Part shown: positions 61,061-64,000 of the stretch, piece by piece
Position numbering within the stretch: the first letter of the stretch is position 1
Layout: every line of letters begins with the position of its first letter
NCBI GenBank assembly: GCA_963977015.1
Contig: CAXBMO010000016.1
Coordinates: 64,001-128,000, forward strand
DNA length: 64,000 nt
Direction of reading: 5' to 3'
Source of the DNA: an uncultured bacterium
Lineage (GTDB): Bacteria > Verrucomicrobiota > Verrucomicrobiia > Verrucomicrobiales > DEV007
Position numbers and translations under genes: made by a program
Notes under the pieces: generated by a model
What the model was told of the DNA's origin: nothing
Seen by the model: the letters and a program-made list of their open reading frames with translations, nothing else
The model's database searches: none

Positions 61061-61184
61061 AAGCAACGTCAAAGGCACCCCATCCCCGATCAAGGTTGCG
61101 GATGAATTGAAGTGAACGTGTTCGAAATACGTTCATGCGCCAACTCCACAGCAGGTCGGGGTTTGATCATCGCTGACTTGGTAT
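61061..61184 (-). mobile_element. Degenerate attC-like palindromic site
   Basis: Long imperfect hairpin: GTCA..CCCCGA pairs with TCGGGG..TGAC, inner TGAACGT/ACGTTCA, ends in CTTTGACGTTGCTT; contains the stop codon of the upstream gene. Confidence 0.5.
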
Positions 61185-61508
61185 CTCTGTATCAATGCTC
61201 CTCCACTGGCGAATCATGTCATATTCTGCATCCGCATGAATTCGTTCCAGTCGCTTCTGCGAAACGTTCTTCGATTGAACCTCAATGTGAGCCGATTCGG
61301 GTTCATATTCGTACACTCGAACCTGAACCTCCACATTCCCATTCGAATAGAGCGTGTAATGCTTCGCTGAAACTTGATCGTCCTGCGCATCGGCAAAGAT
61401 ACTTTCGATTTGCTTGCTTGATAAATTTACATCCAAGACACAACGGAGCCCGAATAGAGTGCGTCGCAACCGCTCATCGATTGTCGCCAAGATGGATGCT
61501 CTCTTCAT
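61167..61508 (-). CDS. Hypothetical protein (AT-rich)
   Basis: 113-aa ORF, co-oriented with its neighbours; stop lies inside the hairpin arm. Confidence 0.6.
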   Translation of the reverse strand: MKRASILATIDERLRRTLFGLRCVLDVNLSSKQIESIFADAQDDQVSAKHYTLYSNGNVEVQVRVYEYEPESAHIEVQSKNVSQKRLERIHADAEYDMIRQWRSIDTEIPSQR

Positions 61509-61780
61509 TTCTTTAGATACCTTTATGTGGGTGACAGATGTTTCAAATCAACCCAACAACTTTGACACGGAAATGGGTGGTGCGTTGAGGGGACGAAATC
61601 TTGAGGAACCTACTCTCCATACTGCAAAGAGAATTCGATGCCGGCGGAAAGGTCAAGGGGCTATTTGGAACTGGATTCGAGCGGAGGTCGTCATTCTTTA
61701 ACCCGTTTTCGATGTCGGGCAAGGGACGTTGAAGAGCAATGGTTCCCTCCTGTACTACCTCCCAAACCCAGCCATCAAAC

Positions 61781-62944
61781 TCAATCAGGCATCGGCAAAC
61801 CGAACGCCTCCCGAGCCGCTTTGACCCGCGCCAAGGCTTCATCGAGCGAATCGGCAACAAACGTGGCGTGACCCATTTTACGGCCGGGTTTGGCCCGTTC
61901 CTTGCCGTAGAGATGGAGCTTGGCGCCCGGCGTTTTCAGGATCGGGGAGAAGTCGGGAAACTCGGTTTCGGACGGCCAGAGATCGCCTAACAAATTCCAC
62001 ATCACGACAGGGCAGAGCAAGCCGGTGCCGCCAATGGGTTGGTTGGTTACGGCGCGGAGTTGCTGTTCGAATTGGGACGTTTCGCAGGCGTCGAGCGTGT
62101 GGTGACCGCTGTTGTGCGGACGTGGCGCGATCTCGTTGACGAGGAGTTTGCCGGACGAATCGAGAAAGAATTCCACGGCCATGACGCCGATGTAGTTGAG
62201 GGCGTTGGCGACTTCGACCGCGACGTCCCGTGCTTCGGCGAGGAGGGATTCCGGATGGCGCGCCGGAACGATCGACAGGTCGAGGATGTGGTTGCGATGA
62301 AAGTTCTCCGCCGGGTCGTAGCTCCGGCAATTGCCCTGCTGATCGCGAACGACGAGGACGGAAATCTCCGAGGCGAGTTCGATTTTTTGCTCCAGCACAG
62401 CGCGCGGCGTGTCGAATTCCTGCCAAACGGTTTCCGCATCTTCGTCCGGCCGCGTGACGCGTTGGCCTTTGCCGTCGTAGCCGAATTCCGCCGTTTTGAG
62501 AATGGTGTCCGTCCCGATTTCATCCAATCCAGCTCGAAGCGTGTCAGCACTGTCGACAAGGTGAAATCGAGCACAGGGAAATCCGTGCTTCTGCAAAAAC
62601 AACTTCTCGCGTTCCCGATGCTGGCAAGTCGCGACGGCTTCCGCACTTGGCATGATCGGCAGGGTCTCGCCAAGGCGTTCAAGCAGGGAACGCGGAATGT
62701 TCTCGAACTCGACACTGACGACATCCACCGAGCTGGAGAACTCGGTAAACGAGGCTTCATCGGCAAAGTTCTTCGCGATGACTTTCTCGGCAACCGCAGC
62801 GGGCCCGACTTCGCCATCAACGCCGGTCCAGGTGACGATGGTGTATCCAAGACGCCGAGCTTCGAGCGCGAGCATGCGCCCGAGTTGGCCGCCGCCGAGC
62901 ATCCCTACCGTGCTCCCGGGTGGAAGAATTCGCAGAGGGATCAT
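61781..62944 (-). CDS. purK: N5-carboxyaminoimidazole ribonucleotide synthase
   Basis: GGGQLGRM, EFEN, GYDGKGQ, NEIAPRPHNSGH, HLYGK...RKMGH; downstream of purE. Confidence 0.97.
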   Translation of the reverse strand: MIPLRILPPGSTVGMLGGGQLGRMLALEARRLGYTIVTWTGVDGEVGPAAVAEKVIAKNFADEASFTEFSSSVDVVSVEFENIPRSLLERLGETLPIMPSAEAVATCQHREREKLFLQKHGFPCARFHLVDSADTLRAGLDEIGTDTILKTAEFGYDGKGQRVTRPDEDAETVWQEFDTPRAVLEQKIELASEISVLVVRDQQGNCRSYDPAENFHRNHILDLSIVPARHPESLLAEARDVAVEVANALNYIGVMAVEFFLDSSGKLLVNEIAPRPHNSGHHTLDACETSQFEQQLRAVTNQPIGGTGLLCPVVMWNLLGDLWPSETEFPDFSPILKTPGAKLHLYGKERAKPGRKMGHATFVADSLDEALARVKAAREAFGLPMPD

Positions 62945-62966
62945 GAGTTTCCGTTCGCGATCAACG

Positions 62967-63476
62967 TTAGTCCTCCAAGGGCGGCAACTCGCTCGCCTCG
63001 ATTTTGGTGCGAAGCGCCTCGCGATAGTCCTTCAGTTTTTTGGCAAGGTCAGGATCGTTCCCCGCCAACATGGACACCGCGAACAATCCGGCATTCACCG
63101 CGCCGGCGTCGCCAATCGCAAACGTGGCCGTTGGAATCCCCGCCGGCATCTGGACAATGGAAAGAAGGGAATCAACCCCATTCAAGGTTCGGCTTTTGAC
63201 CGGAACGGCCAGGACGGGAACCGTCGTAATGGCGGAGGCCATCCCGGGAAGGTGAGCGGCGCCGCCGGCTCCTGCGATGATACATTTCAGTCCGCGCTCC
63301 GCGGCGGTTTCGGCGTAATCATAGAGCAGTTGAGGTGTGCGATGCGCGCTGACGACGCGGGACTCGAACGGGACGCCAAAATCGCGAAGCGTGCTCGCGG
63401 CTTTGCCCATCGTGGGCCAGTCGGACGTGCTTCCCATAATGATGCCAACCAGGGGCTGTGGATCGGTGGATTCCAT
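62967..63476 (-). CDS. purE: N5-CAIR mutase
   Basis: [35 protein letters not shown]. Confidence 0.98.
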   Translation of the reverse strand: MESTDPQPLVGIIMGSTSDWPTMGKAASTLRDFGVPFESRVVSAHRTPQLLYDYAETAAERGLKCIIAGAGGAAHLPGMASAITTVPVLAVPVKSRTLNGVDSLLSIVQMPAGIPTATFAIGDAGAVNAGLFAVSMLAGNDPDLAKKLKDYREALRTKIEASELPPLED

Positions 63477-63629
63477 CGTGAATGTGTGAGGGCCACTGCA
63501 TACGCTTCGAGAACGCGTTCGGCAAGTCGATCTCGATTTTTAGCAGGTTCGGGAAAAATCCGGGCTCGGAATCGCAGAGGAACGTTTTCAAAGGATGACG
63601 GACGCGCACGTTGTTCCCAGTTTCCCACC

Positions 63630-64000
63630 CTAGGCCAGCAACGGGCGAATCACCTTCGCTTTCTCGACCCCGGTCAACCGCATGTCTAACCCTTGAAATG
63701 GGAAGCTAAACCGCCCTCCGTCGATTCCCAATTGGTGAAGCATGGTCGCGTGAAGGTCGCGAACGTGAACCACGTCGTTGACCGCGTGATAGCCGAGTTC
63801 ATCCGTTTCCCCATGGCTCACGCCCCCTTTGATTCCGCCCCCAGCCATCCACATGGAAAAGCCCTTGATGTGGTGATCGCGACCCGGCCCGCCCTTGCCT
63901 TGAAACATCGGCGTCCGGCCAAACTCCCCACCCCAAATCACCAGGGTGTCGTCGAGCAGGCCGCGCTCCTTCAGATCCGTCAGCAACGCCCAGGTGGGCC
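63630..64000 (-). CDS. DUF1501 protein, C-terminal part (5' end outside the window)
   Basis: [31 protein letters not shown]. Confidence 0.92.
   Translation of the reverse strand, partial: PTWALLTDLKERGLLDDTLVIWGGEFGRTPMFQGKGGPGRDHHIKGFSMWMAGGGIKGGVSHGETDELGYHAVNDVVHVRDLHATMLHQLGIDGGRFSFPFQGLDMRLTGVEKAKVIRPLLA

Overview
A GC-rich bacterial chromosome segment, most likely from the PVC superphylum (Verrucomicrobiota-like). This rests on the DUF1501, DUF1549/1553, DUF1592 and DUF1552 proteins, planctomycete-type cytochrome c domains, sulfatases and a PVC-type ECF sigma factor. Housekeeping anchors are the RNase P RNA gene (about 32.3-32.7 kb) and purE-purK. Accessory content: (i) a secreted acidic protein with DxDGDG repeats and an AT-rich, toxin-like C-terminal part that runs off the left edge and is missing from the ORF track; (ii) two TIR-transmembrane-repeat receptor-like proteins, one with TPR and one with WD40 repeats, both bordered by REP-like palindromes, the WD40 one sitting in a 4.2 kb block bounded by 31-bp inverted repeats and followed by orphan C-terminal fragments; (iii) a lipoprotein + trypsin-like + subtilase operon; (iv) a FadL / desaturase / two flavoproteins / ADC-like / sulfotransferase lipid-modification cluster; (v) an orphan ParA coupled to an acidic disordered partner; (vi) an attC-like hairpin between two AT-rich orphan genes. 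All calls come from reading motifs by eye. No database searches were run, and several start codons were adjusted from the ORF track by judgement.
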